From the NCBI GenBank assembly GCA_028749235.1, contig JAQULS010000001.1, forward strand, positions 755-64,754: 64,000 bases of DNA, written 5' to 3'. Within the stretch, counting starts at the first letter, position 1, and every line of letters begins with the position of its first letter. This document shows, in pieces, positions 19,252 through 28,631 of the stretch. The translations under genes were made by a program, and so were the position numbers. The stretch comes from Acidobacteriota bacterium (GTDB taxonomy: Bacteria; Acidobacteriota; Aminicenantia; Aminicenantales; UBA4085). The notes beneath the pieces are model-generated. The model made no database searches and was not told the DNA's origin. It was given only the letters and a program-made list of their open reading frames with translations.

Positions 19252-22200
19252 ATGGACGAACGAAGGAAGCCGAGTCGAATCCCAATGCGGACGGTGGCCG
19301 CCCTGCTGACGGCCGGCGGGATCCTCCTGGCTTTGGGCTGGTGGGTCGGGAAGACGAACGCCCGGCGGGAGGATTCCCAGATGCGCGCGAACCTGCTCCG
19401 CCAGGTGCAGGACATCGCCGGCAACATCAACTCCCAGCTCGCCAAGCGGCTCACCTTCACGGAGTGGGACAAGGACACGCCGGCTTACGAGGTCCTGTGT
19501 GAGCAGATGATCGCCTTCGGCCGTTCCATCCGGCAGCGCGGCATCTACAGCATGGCCCTGCGCGGCGGGAAGATCATCTTCGGGCCGGAGAACTACCCGA
19601 AAGGCGATCCCATGGCCAGCCCCCCGGGGACGGTCTACGATCAGCCCTCGCCGGAAAATTTCCGGATTTTTCAGGACAAGCGTCCGACGACGCTGGGCCC
19701 GGTGACGGACGAATACGGAACGTTCATCTCGGCCCTGGCGCCCGTCCTCGACCCACACAGCGGCGAAGTGCTGATGGTGGTCGGCCTGGACATCCTGGCC
19801 GGCGAATGGCAGGCCCGGCTCCGCGCCGTTCGGCGCGCCCCGCTCCCGGCCGTCATACTGCTGGCACTTCTGCTGGCGGGAGGCGTCTTCGTCTACCGTC
19901 ATTATACCCGGCTGGCGCGGCCGGACACGACCAAATTCAAGACCTGGGTCATCGTACCCGCCGCCTTGACGGTGGCGGCCGCCATGGCCATCTACGCGGC
20001 GAGCGCGTACCAGCAGTACCGGCAGGGGGCCCGGCAAGCCGCGCGGGGCGGCGCCGAGCGGCTCCGGGCCGAATGGTCCCGGACCCTGCGCAACGAAGCC
20101 CGGCTTCTCAAGGCTCAAATCGACGCGATCTCCGTCCGGCCTGATCTCCAGCGGGCTTGGCGGGATAAAAACCGCACCGTCTTGACCGACCTGGTCCGAT
20201 CCTCCTTCGACCGGCTGAATCTCGATTACAACATCACCCAGTTCAACTTCATTGCCCTGGACCGGACCATGTTCCTCCGGGTTCATCGCCCCGGCCGCCA
20301 AGGCGACGTTATCGCCCGGTCCACGCTGAACACGGCCGTCCGGACGGATGAAGACGCCTGGGGCATTGAAACGGACGCCGCCGGCGTCTTCACTCTCCGC
20401 TACGTGAAGCCTTGGAAACAGGCGGATCGGACGCTCGGATACCTGGAGCTGGTTTTGGAGGCCGGCTCCTTGGCCGAGCGCCTGGCCCGCGACATGAGAC
20501 TGGATCTCCTGGTCGTCGTCCGAAAACGGTTCACGCCGCGTGAAAAGTATGAGGAGGAGCGCCGTCTTCTCGGATTGACCGAGAGCTGGGACACCTACGC
20601 CGACTTCGCCGTGATCAATCGGACGACCAAGGACATCCCGCCGGAAGTCGCGCAGCGGCTGAACCGGGACTCCGGAGCGACCGACGCCATCGAGATCTTC
20701 GACGCCCGGCTGGGCGACAAGCGCCTGGCCTGCGGTGTGGTCCGCCTGGACGATGCAGCCGGCCGGAACGTGACCGACTTCATCGTCATGGGCGATGTGA
20801 CCGCCGAAGCCGGGGCGGCCAGCAGCTCCCTTATGCTGAACCTGGGTTTCATGATCGCGCTGTTCGGCGGCGTCCTGGCTCTGATCTGGTCGATTACCTC
20901 GGCGGCGGAGCGCCGGCTCGGAACGGCCCTGGTCCGGATCAAGGAGAACGAGTCGCGGACGCGGGCCTTGACCAATGCGGCCCAGGACGCGATCATGACG
21001 ATGGACCCGGAAGGCCGTATTTCCTTCTGGAACCCGGCCGCCGAAAGGATCCTGGGCTACTCTAAGCAGGAGGCCATCGGCCGCGTTCTTCATGATTTTA
21101 TCGTCCCAGATCCTTTTCGGGATACGCACCGGGCGGCCTATCCGGCCTTTCTCGAGACGGGACAGGGTGCCATCGTCGGGAAAACCCTCGACCTCGAGGC
21201 GCTCCGCAAAGACGGCCGGACGATCGACGTCCAGATGTCTCTCTCGGCGGTCCACCAGAACGAAGGCTGGAACGCCATCGGCATCCTGCGCGACATCACC
21301 GACCGCAAGCGGGCGGAAGAGGGCCTGCGCGAGAGCAACCGCCGGCTGGAGGCGGCCACGGCCCGGGCCAAGGAGCTGGCCGCCCAAGCCGAGGCCGCCA
21401 ACCGGGCCAAGAGCGAATTCCTGGCCAACATGAGTCACGAGATCCGGACCCCCATGAACGGCATCATCGGCATGACCGGCCTTCTTTTGGACACGGACCT
21501 GACCCCCGAGCAGCGCCAGTTCGCCCAGATCGTCCGCGGCAGCGGCGAGGCCTTGCTGGCGCTGATCAACGACATCCTCGATTTTTCCAAGATCGAGGCG
21601 CACAAGATGGAGCTTGAGACGCTCGACTTCGACCTCCGCGCCGTCATGGAAGACACGGCCGAGCTGTTGGCCGTCAAAGCCCACCCCAAGGGACTGGACC
21701 TCATCAGCCGGATCGACCCCGACGTGCCCGTCTTCCTGCGGGGCGATCCGGGGCGCCTCCGGCAGATCATCACCAACCTGGGCGACAACGCCATCAAGTT
21801 CACGGCCCGCGGCGAAGTCTCGATCCGCGTCAGCCTGCAATCCGAGAGCGAGAAGCGGGCCCTGGTGCGCTTCGCCGTGACGGATACGGGCATCGGCATT
21901 CCCCGGGACAAGCAGGCCAAGCTGTTCTCCCCCTTCACCCAGGTGGACGGATCCACGACCCGCAAATACGGCGGCACGGGCCTGGGCCTGGCCATCTCCA
22001 AGCAGATCGCCGAAATGATGGGCGGGACGATCGCTCTGGACAGCGAGGAAGGCCGGGGCTCTTCCTTCTGGCTAACCGCCGACTTCGAAAAGCGGGCCGG
22101 CCCGCCGGCCGCGAAGCCGCAAGCCGCCGGCATCCCGGCCGGAGCGCGCATCCTGGTCGTCGACGACAACGCCACCAACCGCCTGCTGGTGAAAGCCTGG

Positions 22201-23394
22201 TTGAAAAAATGGGGGTGCCGCTTCGATGAGGCGGTGGACGGTCCGGCGGCGCTGGCCCTTTTGGAAAAAGGCGTTCAGGAGGGGGACCCCTATCTGGCCG
22301 CCCTCGTGGACGCCCTCATGCCGGGCATGGACGGCTGGGAATTGGGGCGCCGGATCAACGAGAGCCCGGCGCTCCGCGGGACGCACCTGATCATGATGAC
22401 CTCCATGGGAGGTCCGGGCGAGTCCAGGCCTCTGGCCGGCGCAGGCTTCACCCGCTGCCTGGCCAAGCCTCTGCGCCCTGCCCTGCTCCGGGAAAGCCTG
22501 GCCCGCGTCCTGGGCAGCCCGGAAACGGCCGCCAGGGCTGGCGGCCCGGCGCCGGCCGCAGTCAAGAGGTCCGGCCGCATCCTTCTGGCCGAGGACAACG
22601 CCACCAACCAGATCGTCGCTTTGAAAATCCTGGAGAAGCTGGGCTACCGGGCCGAAGCCGTGGCCAACGGCCGGGAGGCCGTCGAAGCCCTACGGACCAT
22701 ACCTTACGATGTCGTGCTGATGGACTGCCAGATGCCGGAGATGGACGGCTTCGAAGCCACCCGCCGGATCCGCGAGCTCGGACCCGATGCCCCGGCGTCC
22801 CGCGTTCCCATCATCGCCATGACCGCCCACGCCATGAAGGGCGACCGGGAAAAATGCCTGGCGGCGGGAATGGACGACTACCTGAGCAAACCGGTTCGGC
22901 CGGAAGAACTGGCCGCCGTCCTGGAGCACTGGCTCAACCGGCCCGAGACGGATTCTCCGACCGAGGCGTCCGCTCCGGCCGCGGCCCCCGCGCCCGCGGC
23001 GGATTCCGCCTCCCCCGACGTCCCGGTCTTCGACAAGGCCGGCTTCCTGGCCCGTCTTTCGGGCGACGAGGAACTGGCCCGGACGATCTCCGGGGTTTTC
23101 CAGTCCGACATGCCCGCCCAGATCGAGCAGTTGGCGGCCCTTGTCGCCGCCGGCGACGGCACGGCGGCCGGGAGGCAGGCGCATAAGATCAAGGGCGCCG
23201 CGGCCGGAGTGGGCGGCGAAGCCATGCGGGCGACGGCCTTCGAAATGGAGAAGGCCGGTCAAGCCGGGCGGCTCGACGACCTGCGGATCCTTCTGCCCGA
23301 GCTGGAAGCCCGCTATGCCCGGCTCCGCGAAGCAATGGACAAGGATCTCGGAAGCGGCGGGACGCCACCGGAAGGATCCACATGCGCATCCTGA
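19252..23394 (+). CDS. Hybrid sensor histidine kinase (membrane sensor regions, PAS, HisKA, HATPase, 2 REC, Hpt)
   Basis: FLANMSHEIRTPMNG, DTGIGI, GGTGLGL, two receiver domains, AHKIKGAA. Confidence 0.93.
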   Translation: MDERRKPSRIPMRTVAALLTAGGILLALGWWVGKTNARREDSQMRANLLRQVQDIAGNINSQLAKRLTFTEWDKDTPAYEVLCEQMIAFGRSIRQRGIYSMALRGGKIIFGPENYPKGDPMASPPGTVYDQPSPENFRIFQDKRPTTLGPVTDEYGTFISALAPVLDPHSGEVLMVVGLDILAGEWQARLRAVRRAPLPAVILLALLLAGGVFVYRHYTRLARPDTTKFKTWVIVPAALTVAAAMAIYAASAYQQYRQGARQAARGGAERLRAEWSRTLRNEARLLKAQIDAISVRPDLQRAWRDKNRTVLTDLVRSSFDRLNLDYNITQFNFIALDRTMFLRVHRPGRQGDVIARSTLNTAVRTDEDAWGIETDAAGVFTLRYVKPWKQADRTLGYLELVLEAGSLAERLARDMRLDLLVVVRKRFTPREKYEEERRLLGLTESWDTYADFAVINRTTKDIPPEVAQRLNRDSGATDAIEIFDARLGDKRLACGVVRLDDAAGRNVTDFIVMGDVTAEAGAASSSLMLNLGFMIALFGGVLALIWSITSAAERRLGTALVRIKENESRTRALTNAAQDAIMTMDPEGRISFWNPAAERILGYSKQEAIGRVLHDFIVPDPFRDTHRAAYPAFLETGQGAIVGKTLDLEALRKDGRTIDVQMSLSAVHQNEGWNAIGILRDITDRKRAEEGLRESNRRLEAATARAKELAAQAEAANRAKSEFLANMSHEIRTPMNGIIGMTGLLLDTDLTPEQRQFAQIVRGSGEALLALINDILDFSKIEAHKMELETLDFDLRAVMEDTAELLAVKAHPKGLDLISRIDPDVPVFLRGDPGRLRQIITNLGDNAIKFTARGEVSIRVSLQSESEKRALVRFAVTDTGIGIPRDKQAKLFSPFTQVDGSTTRKYGGTGLGLAISKQIAEMMGGTIALDSEEGRGSSFWLTADFEKRAGPPAAKPQAAGIPAGARILVVDDNATNRLLVKAWLKKWGCRFDEAVDGPAALALLEKGVQEGDPYLAALVDALMPGMDGWELGRRINESPALRGTHLIMMTSMGGPGESRPLAGAGFTRCLAKPLRPALLRESLARVLGSPETAARAGGPAPAAVKRSGRILLAEDNATNQIVALKILEKLGYRAEAVANGREAVEALRTIPYDVVLMDCQMPEMDGFEATRRIRELGPDAPASRVPIIAMTAHAMKGDREKCLAAGMDDYLSKPVRPEELAAVLEHWLNRPETDSPTEASAPAAAPAPAADSASPDVPVFDKAGFLARLSGDEELARTISGVFQSDMPAQIEQLAALVAAGDGTAAGRQAHKIKGAAAGVGGEAMRATAFEMEKAGQAGRLDDLRILLPELEARYARLREAMDKDLGSGGTPPEGSTCAS

Positions 23395-24314
23395 TCGCCG
23401 AAGACGATTTTACGTCGCGGGCCATGCTCACGGCAACGCTCCGGAAATGGGGCTTCGAGACGGCCGCGGCCCAGGACGGCGCCGAGGCCTGGCGGATGAT
23501 CCGGCAGCCGGGCGCCCCCAAATTGATCCTCCTCGACTGGAACATGCCGGAGATGGACGGCTTGGAAGTCATCCGCCGGATGCGGGCCGAGGAGACCGAG
23601 GAGCCTCCCTACGTCATCCTGCTGACATCCAAAGGCGAGAAAGAAAGCCTGGTCGCCGGCTTGAACAGCGGGGCCAACGACTACATCGTCAAGCCCTACG
23701 ACGCCGAGGAATTGCTGGCCCGGATCCGCGTCGGCCAGCGGATGGTGGAGATGCAGACCGGATTGGCCCAAGCCCGCCGGGATCTGGCCTATCAGGCCAT
23801 GCACGACGTTCTGACGGGAGTCTATAACCGCCGGGCCATCATGGAGGCGCTGAACCGGGAAATCGCCCGAACCGGCCGGGGAGGCGGCCCCTTGGCCGTC
23901 GGAGTCGGCGATATCGATCATTTCAAGCTCGTCAACGACCGGTATGGTCACGCCGTGGGCGACGAAATCCTGTGCGCGATCGTCCGCCGGCTGGAAAACG
24001 GCCTGCGGGCCTACGATCTTCTGGGCCGCTGGGGCGGCGAGGAGTTCCTGATCCTCGCCCCGGGCTGCCCGGTCGAGGAAGCCTATAAGCTGTTCGACCG
24101 CCTTCGGGCATCCATCTCGGCCGAACCGATTCCCACCAAGGCCGGACCGATTCCCGTCACGATCAGTCTCGGAGTGGCCGTTGGAGACGGAAGCCAGGCG
24201 GGCGCGGATCTCTTCGCCGCCGCGGACGCGGCCGTGTACCGGGCCAAGGACGAGGGCCGGAACCGCGTCTGCCTCTCCGTTGGGACCGGCCCGACGGATG
24301 CGGGCGCCGCTTGA
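23382..24314 (+). CDS. Response-regulator diguanylate cyclase (REC-GGDEF)
   Basis: LLDWNMPEMDG, DIDHFKLVNDRYGH, I-site RAYD, GGEEF. Confidence 0.93.
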   Translation: MRILIAEDDFTSRAMLTATLRKWGFETAAAQDGAEAWRMIRQPGAPKLILLDWNMPEMDGLEVIRRMRAEETEEPPYVILLTSKGEKESLVAGLNSGANDYIVKPYDAEELLARIRVGQRMVEMQTGLAQARRDLAYQAMHDVLTGVYNRRAIMEALNREIARTGRGGGPLAVGVGDIDHFKLVNDRYGHAVGDEILCAIVRRLENGLRAYDLLGRWGGEEFLILAPGCPVEEAYKLFDRLRASISAEPIPTKAGPIPVTISLGVAVGDGSQAGADLFAAADAAVYRAKDEGRNRVCLSVGTGPTDAGAA

Positions 24315-24323
24315 GCGGCGGAT

Positions 24324-24421
24324 AATAAACCCGTTCGATACCCCGGGCTTTGTAGGGTTAATACTGAGCGGCGCTTATAACCCCGATTTGAAAATCGGGA
24401 TTTGACGCCGCGAATGTATCA
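24324..24421. repeat. Dispersed element copy A2 (right hairpin arm degenerate)
   Basis: 46-bp identical core with 11015-11116 plus both ends; final TCA is the ychF stop codon. Confidence 0.9.
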
Positions 24422-25501
24422 GACGGCGAACCGGAAGTTGATGATGTCGCCGTCGCGGACGGGATAATCCTTGCCCTCCAAGCGCAGCGTCCCGTTCGAC
24501 TTGCATACCTGCATGTCGCCCGCGGCCTCGAAGTCCGCATAAGCCGTGACCTCGGCCCGGATGAAGCCGCGCTCGATATCGGAATGAATGGCTCCCGCTG
24601 CCCGCACGGCGGGCGTACCGGCCCGGATCGTCCAGGCCTTGACCTCGTCGGGGCCCACGGTGAAGAAGGACACCAGTCCCATCAGACCGTAAGCCGTGGC
24701 GATCAGCTTGGCCCGGGCCGGCCGCTCGATCCCGTAGTCCTGCAGGAAGCGCCGCGCGTCCTCCTCGGACAGTTGACGGATCTCCATCTCCAGCCGGGCC
24801 GAAAGGGCGATGACGGCCGAAGACCCGCCGGCCAGCCAAGGCCGGAAGAGATGAAGCGCTTCGGCTTCGTTGGAAATATCGTTCTCATCCAGGTTCAGGG
24901 CCACGATGAGCGGCTTAAGAGTCAGAAAACGGTAGGACCGCAGAAGGAGATCCTCGTCCGGCGTCAGGCCCGCCCGGCGGAGCGGCGTTTCGGCCTCCAG
25001 GAAGGTCCGGCACCGCTCCAGGGCGGCCCGTTCCCGGACGTCGCGGTCGGACTTTTTGGCCGCGATCTGCTTGACCAGCCGCTCCAGCCGGCTCTCGATG
25101 ATCGCCAGATCGGCCAGGAGAAGCTCCGATTCGATATGGCGCAGGTCGCGCAGGGCGTCGACGGTCTCGAGCGGATGAGCGACGGTCGGATCGCGGAAAG
25201 CCCGGACGACGGCGAGCAGGGCGTCCGCGACGCGGAGCTTGCCCAGGGCCTGCTCGGTGAACGCGGCCTTGCCCGGCTCGCTCGAGGTCAGCCCCGCCAG
25301 CTCGCTGAACTCGATCGCGGCCAGGGTCTTCTTTTTGGGCTTGTAGACGGACGCCAGCATCTCGACCCGGGCATCCGGGACCTTGACCACGGCTACGGGC
25401 TCGGCCCCCTTGGCCGCGGCGGCTTCGGGATCCAGCCCCGTCAGCGCGCCGAACAGGGAGGATTTGCCGGATCGGGGCAATCCGATGAGACAGATGTTCA
25501 C
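24419..25501 (-). CDS. ychF: YchF/Obg-like ATPase (DUF933 C-terminus), divergent N-terminal motifs
   Basis: GLPRSGKSS, VKVPDAR, LTLKP, FFTVGPDEVKAW, AAGAIHSD, GFIRAE, LEGKDYPVRDGD. Confidence 0.88.
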   Translation of the reverse strand: MNICLIGLPRSGKSSLFGALTGLDPEAAAAKGAEPVAVVKVPDARVEMLASVYKPKKKTLAAIEFSELAGLTSSEPGKAAFTEQALGKLRVADALLAVVRAFRDPTVAHPLETVDALRDLRHIESELLLADLAIIESRLERLVKQIAAKKSDRDVRERAALERCRTFLEAETPLRRAGLTPDEDLLLRSYRFLTLKPLIVALNLDENDISNEAEALHLFRPWLAGGSSAVIALSARLEMEIRQLSEEDARRFLQDYGIERPARAKLIATAYGLMGLVSFFTVGPDEVKAWTIRAGTPAVRAAGAIHSDIERGFIRAEVTAYADFEAAGDMQVCKSNGTLRLEGKDYPVRDGDIINFRFAV

Positions 25502-25604
25502 GTTCGTTTCCTTCGGGGGATGAGCGATCGGTAAAAGAAATCTTAGCGCATCCGGGCCCGGAACGCAAACCGGCCCGGACCGCCCGCGGCCCGGTGCGGA
25601 ACGA

Positions 25605-27899
25605 TCAACGGACGACGATTTCGTCGACGAAGATCCAGGCCGCGCCGCCGGCCGAGGCGTGCCAGTCCGGGTTGGTTTTCATCCCCTCGACTTGAAGCCG
25701 TATGAAGCGCGGGCCGGCCGGCGCGACCGTCCACTCGAAGACGCGGACCGTCTCTTCCCGCCGCTGATCGCCGTCGATGATGACGGCGCCCACGGGACGC
25801 CAAGCCGTTCCGTCCGCGGACGCTTCGCACGTCACCCGGCGGGGATGAAAGATCCAGCTCTTGGGGTCGTAAAGCGTGCTGACGGCGATCGTCCGGGCAT
25901 CGCGCCCTTCGCCCAGGTCCAGAACGAGGCTGAAGTCGGTCCCCTCCCAGCCGAGCCAATGGACCTTGAAATCCCCGGCCCCGCGCACGCCGTCGGTGAG
26001 AAGAGCCAAGTCGCCCCGGCCGTACTTGGCCGCCGGCGGCGGATCGGCCGCGACGGGCCGACGGAAGGCCCGGTTGCCCTCGACCTGGACGTCGATGAAG
26101 CGACGGCCGGCATCGTAATAGTCCTTGGGAGTCAGGCCCGATTCATTGAGAGCCCGGACGCCGGCATCCAGGCAGCCCGTGTAAAAACGCTCCAGCAGGC
26201 GCGCCTTCTCCGGCCGCAAAATGAACCGGCCCTCCGTTTCGTCGTAGAATCCGCGCGGCCCGAACAGCTCGGCTTTTCCGATTTCGATCTCGGCGTAGAG
26301 GAACGGGAGCCGGGCCGAACGGACGCGGCGGAGCCGTTCGGGATCGGAGGCGACGGCCGTCTCAGCCAGGTCGAAGGCGGCGGCATAAGCGGCCAGGCGC
26401 TCGGCGGACAGGAAATCATCGGCGTGGGCGTTGGGCGGCTCGTAGATGCCCAGGTCCGTGCCCGAGGCGGCCAGGGACTCCCGGGCCGAGTCGATGACAC
26501 TTCGGATGAAAGGCGCGGCCGCCCCGTAATAGCCGGCCAGAAAATCGTTGACGGCCGCATCGACGTCCCGTTCGGGATTCCAGAGAAGCTTGGCCAGGAG
26601 CCAGCTCTTGAGCTCGGAGAGATCGTGCCCCGGCGAGGTGTTGGTCTGCTGGAAGTGCCGACGGATGCCGTAACCCGAGAAGAAGCGCAGGTTGGGCCGC
26701 AGGACATGAAGGTTGGGAAAAGGCGAGACTTGGTGGGCGAAATCGACGGTGTAGTCCCAGAGGTAGATGTTCTTGGTCAGCCGGCTCCAGTCCCCGATGT
26801 CCCGGACGAAGGAGGCGCTCGCGGGATCCTCGACGATGGGCCGGCTGCGGTTGAGCTCGATCGTGCAGAGCATGATCTGGACATTATCCGCCGGCCTGGT
26901 CAGACGGGGCGCGGGCCGGGAGAATTGATAGGCCAGGGTGGAAATGACCTTATCCGGAAAGCGGGAGGCCAGCCTGTTGACCAGGCGGAGGATCGGCCCG
27001 GCAGGCGAGCCCTCCTCGGCGATGATTTTTTCGCACTCCGGGCAGCGGCAATAAGTGGAATTGTCGTTCTGGCTGACCGACCAGACTCGCTTATCCGGCT
27101 GGGCGGCCATTTCCTTCGCCAGCCGGGCGGCAAGGATGTCGAAGACCTCGGGCCGCGAGGGGCAAAGCTGATCCGCGGTCCGCCGGCCGTTGACCAGGGC
27201 GAAATATTCCGGATGGTCCGCGAAATATTCATCGCGGGGAAGCAAACGGCCGAAGGAGTGGACATAGTAGCCGCGGGCGAATATCTCGTCCGTTTCGTTG
27301 AGCCTCATCCAGTCCCGATAGTCGGCGTCCTGGATGAATTCGCCGTTGACGCAGCGGAAATCGTTGGCCGGGTTGTCCCGATCGAAGACCCGGGGAAGAA
27401 ACAGCGACTCCGAGGCCGGGAAGAAATCGGCCGTGGGGCTGTACTTCCGGCAGCCGAGATATTTTTCGAGCAGATGAACGACGCCATAGATCGAGCCTTT
27501 GCCGCCGCCCGAGACGATGTAGACGGCCCGCTTCGAGACGACGGCCAGGAAGCCGTCCGGATGCAGTCCGGCGTATTGGGACCGGAAGGAGTCCGGGTAG
27601 ACGGATCGGGCGAACCCGAGCCAGACTTCTCCCTCCCGGACGGGGCGGGATTTTTCCACCACGGGCAGGACGGTCCCCGTCATCCGCCGCACGGCCTCCC
27701 GCAGGATTTCGGCCGCCCGGCGGTCGGCTGGAGCCGCTTCGGACGGCAGGACGATCGAACAGGCGGGCCGGCCGTCCCGGACCAGGGGGAATCCGTCCCC
27801 GGCGGGCGAAACGGAAAACCCGCCCGCAAAGGAGAAGGGCGCGGCCAGAGCCGCCAGGATCAAGACGGCGGCCGGGCGGAATCGCCTGGGCTTCGTCAT
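25605..27899 (-). CDS. Exported DUF4838-type putative glycoside hydrolase-like protein with C-terminal discoidin-like domain
   Basis: Signal peptide; YVHSF, HPEYFAL, QLCPS, SQNDN..CRCPEC, TLAYQ, LWDY, PFPN, LLWNP, WIFVDEIVV. Confidence 0.75.
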   Translation of the reverse strand: MTKPRRFRPAAVLILAALAAPFSFAGGFSVSPAGDGFPLVRDGRPACSIVLPSEAAPADRRAAEILREAVRRMTGTVLPVVEKSRPVREGEVWLGFARSVYPDSFRSQYAGLHPDGFLAVVSKRAVYIVSGGGKGSIYGVVHLLEKYLGCRKYSPTADFFPASESLFLPRVFDRDNPANDFRCVNGEFIQDADYRDWMRLNETDEIFARGYYVHSFGRLLPRDEYFADHPEYFALVNGRRTADQLCPSRPEVFDILAARLAKEMAAQPDKRVWSVSQNDNSTYCRCPECEKIIAEEGSPAGPILRLVNRLASRFPDKVISTLAYQFSRPAPRLTRPADNVQIMLCTIELNRSRPIVEDPASASFVRDIGDWSRLTKNIYLWDYTVDFAHQVSPFPNLHVLRPNLRFFSGYGIRRHFQQTNTSPGHDLSELKSWLLAKLLWNPERDVDAAVNDFLAGYYGAAAPFIRSVIDSARESLAASGTDLGIYEPPNAHADDFLSAERLAAYAAAFDLAETAVASDPERLRRVRSARLPFLYAEIEIGKAELFGPRGFYDETEGRFILRPEKARLLERFYTGCLDAGVRALNESGLTPKDYYDAGRRFIDVQVEGNRAFRRPVAADPPPAAKYGRGDLALLTDGVRGAGDFKVHWLGWEGTDFSLVLDLGEGRDARTIAVSTLYDPKSWIFHPRRVTCEASADGTAWRPVGAVIIDGDQRREETVRVFEWTVAPAGPRFIRLQVEGMKTNPDWHASAGGAAWIFVDEIVVR

Positions 27900-28040
27900 C
27901 GGCCTCCTCCATGGCGCGGGCCGGGAATATGAGATCTATGTATTCGATTTCACCCGCCGGGTCAATCTCTTCGGGTCCCGCCCGGAGCGGCGCCGGGTCT
28001 TTTGCTTTCCCGGCGGGCTTTGGTCTACAATGCTCGCGGT

Positions 28041-28631
28041 ATGATCGCGCACCTCAAGGGAACCCTCCTTCGTAAGGAACCGCACCAGGTGGTGATCGAC
28101 TGCCAGGGCGTCGGCTACGCCGCCGGGATCCCCCTCTCCACGTATTTCAAGCTGGGCGAAGAAGGCTCGCCGGTCGAGCTTCTCATCCATACCCACCTGA
28201 CCGACACTTCGCTCTCGCTCTACGGCTTCGCGACGCCGGAGGAAAAGGAGCTCTTTCTCAAGCTCATCGGCATCTCCGGCATCGGGCCCAAGCTGGCCAT
28301 CGCCGTCCTGTCCGGGATGGGGACGGAGGAGCTGGCCGAGGCCGTCCGGGCCTCCGACGTGGCCCGCCTGACCCGGGTTCCCGGCATCGGCAAGAAGACG
28401 GCCCTGCGCATCGCCATGGAGCTGGCCGACAAGCTGGAGAAAAAGGAGAGCCTGCTGCGCGGCGCGGCGTCCCAGGAGACCGAGGACCTCGTCTCGGCCC
28501 TGCTCAACCTCGGCTTCCGCCGCAAGGAGATCGAGGAGGTCGTGCAGGAGACCGTGCGGGCTCACCGCGGCAAGGACGAAGGCTTTGAGAAGATGCTGCG
28601 CGAATGCCTGAAGAAACTGGCCAGGCTGTGA
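28041..28631 (+). CDS. ruvA: Holliday junction branch migration protein RuvA
   Basis: MIAHLKG, GVGY, LYGF, ISGIGPKLA, VPGIGKKTA, ALLNLGF. Confidence 0.95.
   Translation: MIAHLKGTLLRKEPHQVVIDCQGVGYAAGIPLSTYFKLGEEGSPVELLIHTHLTDTSLSLYGFATPEEKELFLKLIGISGIGPKLAIAVLSGMGTEELAEAVRASDVARLTRVPGIGKKTALRIAMELADKLEKKESLLRGAASQETEDLVSALLNLGFRRKEIEEVVQETVRAHRGKDEGFEKMLRECLKKLARL

Noticed and set aside
11015..24421. CRISPR interpretation of the palindromic repeats
   Set aside because: Copies are about 13 kb apart, about 100 bp long, have no spacers, and no cas genes are present.
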